DNA from: Microcoleus sp.
Lineage (GTDB): Bacteria; Cyanobacteriota; Cyanobacteriia; Cyanobacteriales; Microcoleaceae
Direction of reading: 5' to 3'
Length of the DNA stretch: 64,000 nt
NCBI GenBank assembly: GCA_052279835.1
Contig: CP181291.1
Location: 5,600,001-5,664,000 of the forward strand
Part shown: piece by piece, positions 41,855 through 50,908 of the stretch
Layout of the letters: each line of letters starts with the position of its first letter
Position numbering within the stretch: the stretch's first letter is position 1
Translations under genes and position numbers: made by a program
The notes under the pieces: model-generated
Told to the model about the DNA's origin: nothing
The model's database searches: none
The model's input: only the letters and a program-made list of their open reading frames with translations

Positions 41855-43417
41855 CTAATCACCTAGTTGATAAAAGCCTTTAATAAACTCAACAACCGTG
41901 TTTATAGGTGGAGTTGTGAGTCTTTGGGCTTTAATGGTAGGATTAATTGCCGTTTTATTTACCCCTGGTAAATTTATCAAATGTCTGCCAAAATCTGGGT
42001 GATAGTGAACCATCAAACTTTCGGCACTGGAATTGGAAAGTATAGTTTGGGTGGGGGACTGAAAAAAAGTCGATACAGTTTCATTATCCAGGCGCACAGG
42101 CTGAATTTTCATCTCTCCTATTTTTCTAATAGTTTGGGTCAAAGCCACGCTCAATTGCGCTACCAAGTTGGAAACTCTGACCCCAAGGTTATTGCTAGTT
42201 TGTGGTTGAATCATCCTCAGTAGAGTGATAATATTTTTCTGAGTAAATGCCGCGTCGCTAAAGGGAATGATGGCAACGAAGGCAGTGGGAAAGAGTTGTT
42301 CGTCCTGGTCAATTCTAAACGATATGATGGTGCGTCGGGAGTTAACTTCGATACTGGGAGGATTGCTCAAGCCTGGGTATTGGCGGGCAATTTGGCGGTA
42401 GGTGGCGGCCAGGATAAAGTTAGCGTTGGGGTCTAGGGGTCGATCGACAATAATTTGCACCGTAGGTGGCGTAGCATTAAAATACTTTTGAGCTTCTTCG
42501 GCAGTGAAACGCTGAATATGGCTGCGATCGCCATTGGGACTGAGGTCAACCCAATCGCAAGTAATATCATCTGCTTTCAAACCAAATCTCGATACAGCGT
42601 AAATTTTTGCCCCCGTCAAAGCAGCACCAGTCAAATCAGCACCTACCCAATCAGCATGAATCAAGTTGGCTTGGGTCAAATCCGCGTGTACCAGAGTAGC
42701 ATTCAACAGGTTGACATTACTCAAATTGGCTCCGTATAAATTGGCCCCGCTCAACCTCGCTTCACCGAGGTCCGCGCCAGTCAGGTTAGTCCCACTGAGG
42801 TCAGTCCAGCGGAGATTAGCACCTCGTAAGTCGGCACCACTGAGGTTAGCCTGAGACAGATTAGCTTGTCTGAGTTCGGCATTGCAGAGGTTAACTCCTC
42901 TGAGGTCAGCCCTGCTGAGGTCAGCCCTGTGCAAATTTGCCCGTTCCAAGTTAGCCCCCGTGAGACAAGCACCTCTGAGATGAGCTCCGTTAAGGTCTGC
43001 TTGTTCTAAATTGGCTTCTCGGAGAGTTGCTTCTCTCAAATCTGCTTCGCTGAGGTTAGCACCGCTGAGATTGGCATTGCTAAAGTCGGCTCGAATCAGT
43101 TCAGCCCTGATCAGTGTAGCTTCCACCAGTTGAGCCTCCCGGAGGTCAGCTCGAATCAAATTAGCTACGTTGAGGATTGCACCACTGAGATTAGCTTTGT
43201 TGAGATTAGCACCGCTGAGTCTAGCAACATTGAGCTTGGCTTTTCTGAGATTGGTGCCACCGAGATTAGCTCCGCTCAAGTTAGTCAGGCTTAAGATTGC
43301 TTCGGTGAAATTAGCCCCGCTCAGATCGATTCTGCTGAGATTGGCTTCGCACAGCAGGATGGCAGTAAAATCCCTTTCTCCTGCTGCATATTTGGCTTGG
43401 AGTTCTGCGGCGTCCAT
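41855..43417 (-). CDS. Pentapeptide repeat protein, paralog 2
   Basis: YAAGERDF cap, pentapeptide repeats, CDWVDLSPNGD domain. Confidence 0.94.
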   Translation of the reverse strand: MDAAELQAKYAAGERDFTAILLCEANLSRIDLSGANFTEAILSLTNLSGANLGGTNLRKAKLNVARLSGANLNKANLSGAILNVANLIRADLREAQLVEATLIRAELIRADFSNANLSGANLSEADLREATLREANLEQADLNGAHLRGACLTGANLERANLHRADLSRADLRGVNLCNAELRQANLSQANLSGADLRGANLRWTDLSGTNLTGADLGEARLSGANLYGANLSNVNLLNATLVHADLTQANLIHADWVGADLTGAALTGAKIYAVSRFGLKADDITCDWVDLSPNGDRSHIQRFTAEEAQKYFNATPPTVQIIVDRPLDPNANFILAATYRQIARQYPGLSNPPSIEVNSRRTIISFRIDQDEQLFPTAFVAIIPFSDAAFTQKNIITLLRMIQPQTSNNLGVRVSNLVAQLSVALTQTIRKIGEMKIQPVRLDNETVSTFFQSPTQTILSNSSAESLMVHYHPDFGRHLINLPGVNKTAINPTIKAQRLTTPPINTVVEFIKGFYQLGD

Positions 43418-43494
43418 GCTGATCTATCTCCTAGATTTTTTTAGCGATCGCAAAGCTTTAGAATAAGCAATTTTGGCAATTTGAGGCAATATGC

Positions 43495-45060
43495 TTAGAC
43501 ATCAATGTTATGGAAGCCTTTGATAAAATCTAAAACATTACTGAGATTAGTCTGAGATAATTTGCTACTTTCCACGAACTTGCCTGATGTTGAGTTATTG
43601 GGGTCATATTTTTTAATCAGGCGCTTGCCAAAAGCTTGGTGGTGATATACGCTGAGCCTTTGGTCGCGGGAATTAATTAATATCATTTGTGTAGGTATCT
43701 GAAAGAAGTTGATACTGGCCCCTATTTTGGGAAAAGAATTAGATATTTTGATTTGATCTACTTTGCTGATAGCTTGGTTGAGGGCTTTGCTGGAATGTTG
43801 GACGTGTTTGGATTCTTTGACATTGAGATTGCCTGCATCATGGGATTGAATCATTTTCATCAAGGCTATCAGATTTTTTTGAGTGATGGCCGCGTCGTTA
43901 AAGGGAATTATGGCGACGTAAGCGGTGGCGAATAACTTATCATCACTGTCCATTTTAAAAGCAAGTGTGGTGCGCCTAGAGTTGACTTCGATGGTTGGTG
44001 GCTCGCTTAAACCAGGGTATTGTTGAGTAATTTGGTAATAAGTTGCAGCTAGTGCAAAATGAGCGCCTTGGTCTAAGGGGGCATCAATCACAATCCGAAC
44101 TGTAGGCAAGGAGGAGTGAAAAAACTCCTGGGTGCCGCCTCCGGGATTTAGCCAGTAAATTTGGCTGTGATCGCCGTTGGGACTGAGGTCAACCCACTTG
44201 CAAGTCATGCCTTCGGTTTTGATACCGAGCCGGGAAACAGCGTGGAGTTTGGCTCCGGTTAAAGTGGCACCGGTTAAGTCTGCCCCAATCCAGTCGGCTC
44301 GAATCAGATAAGCATTGGAGAGGTCGGCGTGGACTAAGCTGGCATTGAGCAAGTTAGCGTGGCAGAGGTCGGCTCGGCTCAAGTCAGCACCGCTGAGTTT
44401 GGCTTCGCTGAGATCCGCCCAGCGGAGATTGCAGCCGCTGAGGATAGCCCAGCGAAGGTTAACCCCGCTGAGGTCGGCCCCGCTGAGTATAGCTTGAGTC
44501 AGGTTGGCTTGTCGGAGTTCTGTACCTCGCAAGTCTGCACCGCTGAGGTCGGCTCGGCTGAGGTCGGCTCCTTGCAAGTTTGCTTGTTCCAGGTTGGCCC
44601 CAGTCAAGGATGTGCCGCTGAGGTTTGCACCTCGAAGGTTGGCTTGGCTGAGGTTCGCTCCCCGCAGGGTGGCTTCGGTGAGGGTGGCACCGCTGAGGTT
44701 TGCACCACTTAGGTTGGCACCACTGAGTTCGGCTCGAATCAGTTCGGCTCTGATCAGTTTGGCTCCTGTGAGTGTGGCTCTTTTGAGGTCAACTCGCACT
44801 AGGTATGCGACGTTGAGGTCGGCGTCGGTGAGGTTGGCTCCACCGAGATGGGCTCCGCTGAGTCTGGCGATGTTGAGTTTTGCCCCGGTGAGGTTGGTTT
44901 TGCTGAGGTTGGCTCCGCTGAGGTTGGCGACACTCAGATTCGCACCCTTGAGGTTGGCTCCGCTCAAGTTGACTCCGCTGAGGTTTGCCTCAGTCAGGTT
45001 GATACCGGCAAAGTTTCTCTCTCCGGTGGCATATTTTGTAAGGAGTTCCTCGACTGTCAT
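43495..45060 (-). CDS. Pentapeptide repeat protein, paralog 1
   Basis: YATGERNF cap, pentapeptide repeats, CKWVDLSPNGD domain. Confidence 0.94.
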   Translation of the reverse strand: MTVEELLTKYATGERNFAGINLTEANLSGVNLSGANLKGANLSVANLSGANLSKTNLTGAKLNIARLSGAHLGGANLTDADLNVAYLVRVDLKRATLTGAKLIRAELIRAELSGANLSGANLSGATLTEATLRGANLSQANLRGANLSGTSLTGANLEQANLQGADLSRADLSGADLRGTELRQANLTQAILSGADLSGVNLRWAILSGCNLRWADLSEAKLSGADLSRADLCHANLLNASLVHADLSNAYLIRADWIGADLTGATLTGAKLHAVSRLGIKTEGMTCKWVDLSPNGDHSQIYWLNPGGGTQEFFHSSLPTVRIVIDAPLDQGAHFALAATYYQITQQYPGLSEPPTIEVNSRRTTLAFKMDSDDKLFATAYVAIIPFNDAAITQKNLIALMKMIQSHDAGNLNVKESKHVQHSSKALNQAISKVDQIKISNSFPKIGASINFFQIPTQMILINSRDQRLSVYHHQAFGKRLIKKYDPNNSTSGKFVESSKLSQTNLSNVLDFIKGFHNIDV

Positions 45061-45613
45061 GGGGACGGCACCCTATAGAAAAAAGATGGAAGACTGAGAA
45101 CCGTTCTGTTAAATTTATCCAAAGCTGTTTAAGTCCAGACTTAACTGGACTAAGCTAGTTTTGGTTTTAACTTCCTGCTTCATCGCGGTCTAAGAATTAC
45201 TGTTACTCTTGTCGATCCGCTCCACAGGCAATCTTGGTGGAACTCACCATTTCTGACCTTTCTGGAATAAATTTATTCTTCTACCATCTGTCTGTGTTTT
45301 TCGCCGCATTTGAGCCTCGATTAAGTAGTCGGATTTAAAATATTTACTTTTGCCTAAAAAGTAATTAAATGATTATAATACAATTGGAGTGGCGATCGCT
45401 CATTTTTGAGAAGATTCAGTTTGAATCATAATTGTTAAAATCAACAAAAGACCAAAAGTTGCTAGCCCTAGCGTTAAAAAGAACGCGGTTTTACAGGTAA
45501 ATCCCCCCAGAAACTACGCCTTACCAAAATCCTGAGTTTGACAAGAGACAGGCAACGGGGTTTTATAGTCAAGAGTGCGTCGAGCACCAAACAAATGTCT
45601 CCATTTTATAGTT

Positions 45614-46465
45614 ATGAATATTGGTATTGTAGGATTGGGTTTGATAGGCGGGTCGATCGGGCTGGATTTACGATCGCGCGGTTTTTCGGTTTTTGGGGTT
45701 TCTAGCCGGGAACAAACTTGCCACAGGGCGATCGCCCGCGGTGTTGTGGATAGAGCCAGTGTCCATCTGTCTGACATGGCAGTAGCCGATGTGGTTTTTA
45801 TATGCACGCCCTTGGGGTCGATCGAGTCGATCGCCCAAAAGTTAGTACCTCATCTTTCCCCTGATACTATTCTAACCGATGTGGGTTCGGTAAAAACACC
45901 CATAGTCCAGTCCCTATCGTCTCTATGGCCAAATTTTGTGGGGGGACACCCAATGGCGGGGACTGCCGAGAGCGGGATTGACGCGGCGGTGTCGGATTTG
46001 TTTGTGGGCCGGCCCTATGTGGTGACTCCCACTGCTTGTACCCCTGCTGCTGCGGTGGCAAGGGTAGAGGAGATTGCTCGATCGCTAGGTGCTAAAATTT
46101 ACCGCTGTGGGCCAGCAGAACACGATCGAGCTGTGGCTTGGATTTCTCATTTGCCAATCATGGCGAGCGCGACACTGCTGGCGGCCTGCGCCAACGAGAG
46201 CGATCGGGATATTATTAAGCTAGCGCAAAATTTGGCCAGTTCAGGCTTTCGAGACACCAGTAGGGTTGGTGGTGGCAATCCTGAGTTGGGAGTGATGGTA
46301 GCCAAGTACAATCGAGTAGAATTATTGCGATCGCTCTCCATATACCGCGACTGTCTAGACAAATTGATTGGCGATATCGAAGCCCAAGATTGGGCCACTC
46401 TGGAAAACAAGCTGAACCTGACTCAAGACACCAGAAGCAGTTACGGGTTAAGCAATTCCAACTAA
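45614..46465 (+). CDS. tyrA: Prephenate/arogenate dehydrogenase
   Basis: GIVGLGLIGGS, TDVGSVK, GGHPMAG, HDRAVAWISHLP, GFRDTSRV. Confidence 0.95.
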   Translation: MNIGIVGLGLIGGSIGLDLRSRGFSVFGVSSREQTCHRAIARGVVDRASVHLSDMAVADVVFICTPLGSIESIAQKLVPHLSPDTILTDVGSVKTPIVQSLSSLWPNFVGGHPMAGTAESGIDAAVSDLFVGRPYVVTPTACTPAAAVARVEEIARSLGAKIYRCGPAEHDRAVAWISHLPIMASATLLAACANESDRDIIKLAQNLASSGFRDTSRVGGGNPELGVMVAKYNRVELLRSLSIYRDCLDKLIGDIEAQDWATLENKLNLTQDTRSSYGLSNSN

Positions 46466-46554
46466 AAAGTTAAAAATTAAAAACCTACGTAAAAATTTAC
46501 TTGCTAAGGTCGCAGTCTAGATTATGATTGTCAACGTCTATATATTGGCTTTCA

Positions 46555-48390
46555 ATGTATACTTATTCTCGACTCAAGCGAGTTTTACTGGGTGAATCTC
46601 TACCTACCAGTGCATCTGTTCACGAACGGTTGAGCAACGCTACTGGATTAGCTGTTCTTGCTTCCGATGCACTTTCGTCTGTTGCCTACGCTACTCAAGA
46701 AACTTTGCTGGTATTATTACTAGCAGGCAGCAGCAGTTTGAGCTTATCCTTGCCTATCTCTGCAATTATTATTTTACTGTTGGGGATAGTAGCACTTTCC
46801 TATCGACAGACGATTAAAGCTTACCCAAACGGCGGTGGTGCATATATAGTAGCGCGAGAAAACTTGGGTATTTATCCAGGTTTAATCGCAGCGGCTTCCC
46901 TGATGATTGACTACATTTTAACTGTAACTGTGAGTATTTCGGCTGGGGTGGCAGCCTTAACTTCCGCAGTGCCGGGATTGCAATCCTACACGGTGGAAAT
47001 GTGCTTGTTTTTTATTGTCCTGATCATGTTTGCCAATCTCAGGGGATTGCGGGAATCTGGCAAAATATTTATGGTTCCTACCTATGCGTTTATCGTAGGC
47101 ATTTTTATCTTAATTTCCTGTGGTTTATATCAACAAGCCACAGGTCACGTTTTGCCAAAATTAGAAAATATTCCCGCCTCTGAACCTTTAGGATTATTTC
47201 TGATCGCCCGCGCCTTTGCTGCTGGTTGTACTGCCCTGACTGGAGTGGAAGCTATCTCCGATGGAGTGTTGGCTTTTAAGCCTCCTGAATGGAAAAATGC
47301 ACGACTGACTTTGACCTATTTGGGGGTAATTTTGGGAGTAATGTTTTTGGGAATTAGTTACTTGGCTCATATTTATCAAGTAATTCCTAGCGAACATGAA
47401 ACCCTACTTTCGGTGTTAGGAAAAAATATTTTTGGAGTGGGTGTATTTTACTATTATTTGCAGGCAGCAACTCTGTTGATTTTGCTGTTGGCGGCGAATA
47501 CCAGTTATGCAGATTTTCCGCGACTTTGTTATTTTTTGGCGCGAGATGGTTTTTTGCCCAGACAGTTGTCGCTTTTGGGCGATCGCCTGGTTTATTCTAA
47601 TGGAATTACCCTGCTGAGTCTCTGCGCTGCATTGTTAATTGTCATCTTCCGAGGCGAGACTACGGCGGTGATTCCCCTCTATGCAGTGGGAGTTTTTACT
47701 TCTTTTACTCTCTCCCAGTCGGGGATGGTAATTCACTGGCTCAAAGAGCGGGGGAAAGGATGGCAAGCTAGTGCTGCGATGAACGGTGTCGGTGCATTGG
47801 CAACATTGTTAGTTTTGGGTGTAATTGTCGCCACCAAATTCCTGTTGGGTGCTTGGGTGGTGGTAGTCACTATTCCGATCGTGGTTAGTTTATTTTTAGC
47901 GGTGCGGCGGCACTATCGGTATGTAGCGGCTCGTTTGAGCATTCAGGGAGTAGAACCGAAGTTTTATCCTCCCAGACCTAAAGTTAAGGTGGCAACCCAT
48001 CCAGCGGTGGTATTAGTGGGACAGTTGCATCGGGGAACTTTGGAGGCTCTTGATTATGCTCGTTTAATTGCTGATGAAGTTGTCGCAGTTCATGTTGATA
48101 TTGGTTTGACAGATAGAGCCAAATTAGAAGCATCTTGGCAAGATTTGCAGTCTGATATTCCTTTGGAAATTTTAGAATCTCCTTATCGTTCTGTGGGCGA
48201 GGCTTTGACTCACTTTTTGACTTTGTTTGAAGCACAGCGGCCGGGAGTTTTCTTAACGCTAATTATTCCGGCTTTTGTGACGCGCAATTGGTGGGAGGGA
48301 TTTCTGCATAATCAAACAGCTTTCTTTTTGAAGGCGGCTTTGCGGGCGAAAAGAAGTCGGGTGGTGACGACGGTTAGGTATTTTCTTTAA
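46555..48390 (+). CDS. APC-superfamily permease, YdaO/KimA-like
   Basis: ASDALSSVAYA, YPNGGGAY, TGVEAISDGV, LIPLYAVGVF-like motif, SPYRS and LHNQ in the cytoplasmic domain. Confidence 0.88.
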   Translation: MYTYSRLKRVLLGESLPTSASVHERLSNATGLAVLASDALSSVAYATQETLLVLLLAGSSSLSLSLPISAIIILLLGIVALSYRQTIKAYPNGGGAYIVARENLGIYPGLIAAASLMIDYILTVTVSISAGVAALTSAVPGLQSYTVEMCLFFIVLIMFANLRGLRESGKIFMVPTYAFIVGIFILISCGLYQQATGHVLPKLENIPASEPLGLFLIARAFAAGCTALTGVEAISDGVLAFKPPEWKNARLTLTYLGVILGVMFLGISYLAHIYQVIPSEHETLLSVLGKNIFGVGVFYYYLQAATLLILLLAANTSYADFPRLCYFLARDGFLPRQLSLLGDRLVYSNGITLLSLCAALLIVIFRGETTAVIPLYAVGVFTSFTLSQSGMVIHWLKERGKGWQASAAMNGVGALATLLVLGVIVATKFLLGAWVVVVTIPIVVSLFLAVRRHYRYVAARLSIQGVEPKFYPPRPKVKVATHPAVVLVGQLHRGTLEALDYARLIADEVVAVHVDIGLTDRAKLEASWQDLQSDIPLEILESPYRSVGEALTHFLTLFEAQRPGVFLTLIIPAFVTRNWWEGFLHNQTAFFLKAALRAKRSRVVTTVRYFL

Positions 48391-48468
48391 TAGGGAATAG
48401 GGAATGGGGAATGGGGAATAGGGAATAGGGAATAGGGAATAGGGAATGGAGAATCGGGAATAGGGAAT
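48391..48468. repeat. STRR array (TAGGGAA)n
   Basis: About 11 heptamers. Confidence 0.9.
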
Positions 48469-48492
48469 TACCTAGTCGAAGGGCATTTTTTC

Positions 48493-48679
48493 GGGAGCAT
48501 CCGGATTTTGCATAGGCGAAGCATGACCGCAGGTAGGGGCGAAGCATTCCGGCAGATATATTATGGTTAAAAGCAGGGATTAATTACCGGAATGCTTCGC
48601 CCGTACTTGGTTAAAAGGAGAGATTTACGGAGGTCATGCTTCGCCCCTACAGATATATTTGCAAATTCAAGATTATCCC
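48493..48679 (+). mobile_element. MITE family B, copy 4, with a nested REP doublet
   Basis: Perfect 8-bp duplication ATTTTTTC at 48485-48492 and 48680-48687; extra GTAGGGGCGAAGCATTCCGG..CCGGAATGCTTCGCCCGTAC at 48533-48606. Confidence 0.88.
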
Positions 48680-48743
48680 ATTTTTTCTGACATCGGTTAC
48701 AAAATCTGTTGGTTGCCGAAGTTGCTTTTTCCTGCTGCTATAG

Positions 48744-48769
48744 TTGACATATCAAAAATGATGTGTCAG
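48744..48769 (+). promoter_or_regulatory. Operator-like palindrome overlapping a TTGACA -35 box upstream of rtcB
   Basis: TGACATATCA-AAAA-TGATGTGTCA (9 of 10 positions symmetric). Confidence 0.55.
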
Positions 48770-48902
48770 GATTGTAGTAATTAGACAAGTTGCCTTTCAA
48801 CTTGTGTTTAAAAAGATTGCGGCTGCTGAACCAAAGTCTTTGATTACCTACAACATCTCTTCAATTTGTGGGGGTTGCCATGCAGCCCGCAACAGAATAC
48901 TT

Positions 48903-50366
48903 ATGCAGCAGCCAAAAAATCTGAATCGGCTTTTGCGAGCTTTGTCTCGGCAAGGTCTTGATGTTAGTTACGACAACAAAGTATACTCCATTTCTCTGAA
49001 TAGTTCTGTGCAAGAACCCTGGCAAAATGCTAGTTGTACAACAGCAGAAGTGTTGCTCCCAGAGGGTTTTCTGGTGGAAGCAAAGGCGCTGAAACAGTTA
49101 GCAAATTTGGCTAATGTTCGCCATCCTCAAGGCGGTTGCGTTTGCCGCGCCTGCGCTACTCCAGATTTTCATCCGGGTGATTCGGGGGTGGCGATCGGCT
49201 CTATTGTAGAAACAGCGGGAATGGTGATTCCGGCGGCTGTCGGTTCGGATATTAACTGCGGGATGCGGTTACACGTTGCTGATTTGTCGATCGCCCAATT
49301 CTTAGCAAAACGCGATCGATTTGTAGAATTAATGAAAGGCGATTACTTTTTCGGTACTCGCGATGTCAGCATGACTGCAAAAACTGCTCGCGCTATGTTC
49401 CAACACGGGATTCCCGGATGGCTGGATGCTATGCTGGACAAGGCAACTGGTAGTGCGATCGATTCAGATTTTGAGCAGTTGGCGCAAGAGTCCGATCGCA
49501 CTTTCCTCGGCGGTTCCATGAATGGCGATATCCAATGGGCTCCCGCAGAATTAGTCCCAAACGACGGCTTAGTCAGGGATGGTGGCTTAGGTACTATCGG
49601 CGGCGGCAATCACTTTGTGGAAATTCAAGTGGTTGATGAAGTTGTGGATAAAGCTAGGGCCTATACTTGGGGTGTGCGATCGGGACAAATGGCTTTCATG
49701 ATTCACTCCGGTTCTCGGAATGTGGGTAAATATATAGGTGGAATGTGGCGCGATCGATCGCGCGACGCTTGGCCGAAAAACCTCAAATACCCGGAATCAG
49801 AGCTTTTCCCCCTCTCTCTCTCCGCAAATCCCGAACTTGTCCACAGCTATCTCCAAGCGGAAGCAACAGCGGCTAACTATGGTTTTGTGAATCGTTTGTT
49901 GTTAGCAGAACTTTTGCGGCTGCGTTTGCGACAAGTTTTTGGTGATATCGAAGCTCCTTTAGTCTACGATTTACCACACAATCTCACTTTAGCTGAAGGT
50001 GCCGGTTGGGTGACTCGCAAAGGTGCTTGTCCCGCTTATCTCGAACAGCCATTAATCATACCTGGTTCGATGGGTGCGCCGTCTTATCTGCTAATTGGTA
50101 AGGGAAACGATCGATTTTTGCGATCGGCTTCTCACGGTGCGGGAAGGGCTAGATCGCGCTTCGATATGAGTCGCGAAGGTGTTGACAAAAGTGACACGGC
50201 TTTGGGTTTAACTGGCATAGATTGTATTACCTTACGCCAAGAGCGCAGAATAGAAGAAGCACCGGCAGCTTACAAGCCTATTCAACCAATAATTGACGCT
50301 CAAGTAGAGGCGCAAATGGTTGATGTAGTCGCTAAAATGAAGCCTGTGTTAACCTTTAAAGCGTAG
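48903..50366 (+). CDS. rtcB: RtcB family RNA ligase
   Basis: PDFHPG, GSDINCGMR, GGGNHF, IHSGSR, PHN, RKGA, IPGSMG, SASHGAGR, EEAPAAYK; ATG at 48903 preferred. Confidence 0.92.
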   Translation: MQQPKNLNRLLRALSRQGLDVSYDNKVYSISLNSSVQEPWQNASCTTAEVLLPEGFLVEAKALKQLANLANVRHPQGGCVCRACATPDFHPGDSGVAIGSIVETAGMVIPAAVGSDINCGMRLHVADLSIAQFLAKRDRFVELMKGDYFFGTRDVSMTAKTARAMFQHGIPGWLDAMLDKATGSAIDSDFEQLAQESDRTFLGGSMNGDIQWAPAELVPNDGLVRDGGLGTIGGGNHFVEIQVVDEVVDKARAYTWGVRSGQMAFMIHSGSRNVGKYIGGMWRDRSRDAWPKNLKYPESELFPLSLSANPELVHSYLQAEATAANYGFVNRLLLAELLRLRLRQVFGDIEAPLVYDLPHNLTLAEGAGWVTRKGACPAYLEQPLIIPGSMGAPSYLLIGKGNDRFLRSASHGAGRARSRFDMSREGVDKSDTALGLTGIDCITLRQERRIEEAPAAYKPIQPIIDAQVEAQMVDVVAKMKPVLTFKA

Positions 50367-50390
50367 GATTAAGTACGAGTTACCAGCATC

Positions 50391-50453
50391 GGTAGGAGCG
50401 GGTTCACTCCTTAGCTTGAAAAGATACGCAAAGACTCAAAAACCCGCCCCCAC
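50391..50453. repeat. GTAG-type REP doublet
   Basis: GTAGGAGCGGGTT..AACCCGCCCCCAC. Confidence 0.55.
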
Positions 50454-50908
50454 CATGGGCCGGAGTAGCAGTTGCCATAACCACTCTGAGGTGCAAACTC
50501 CTGTCTGATAGCGCAAGTCTTCGCTAGGATGGGTAAAAAGCTTTTGATCTCAGCTTTTTAGTCGATTTTAAGCTAATATCTGCTGTTACACATCTCCTAA
50601 AAAGACAGTCAAGAATAGGCATCCTGCCTGTTCCACAATAATTATGGGAGATGTCCGTTAGACGGGGGGTTGGAACCACTCGACCGGTGGAAGACAGTAG
50701 TGCAAGATATAACAGAAGGAAGAAGGCTATTCGGCAACGGATTTAACCTAGATGGCGGAGGTCAGAAATCAAGAATCAGGAATCAGGAATCAGGGAAATG
50801 TAATAATAGCAATGGTTTCACAGTTAACTGTCAACTGTCAACTGTCAACTGTCAACTGTCAACAATCATTCCGATGCGATCGGAATTGATATTACCCCCA
50901 GTCCTCAA

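Noticed and set aside
41121..45097. Plus-strand ORFs opposite the pentapeptide genes
   Set aside because: Antisense shadows caused by repetitive codon usage.
46466..46554. c-di-AMP (ydaO) riboswitch before the KimA-like gene
   Set aside because: The spacer is only about 90 bp and AT-rich, with no riboswitch motifs.
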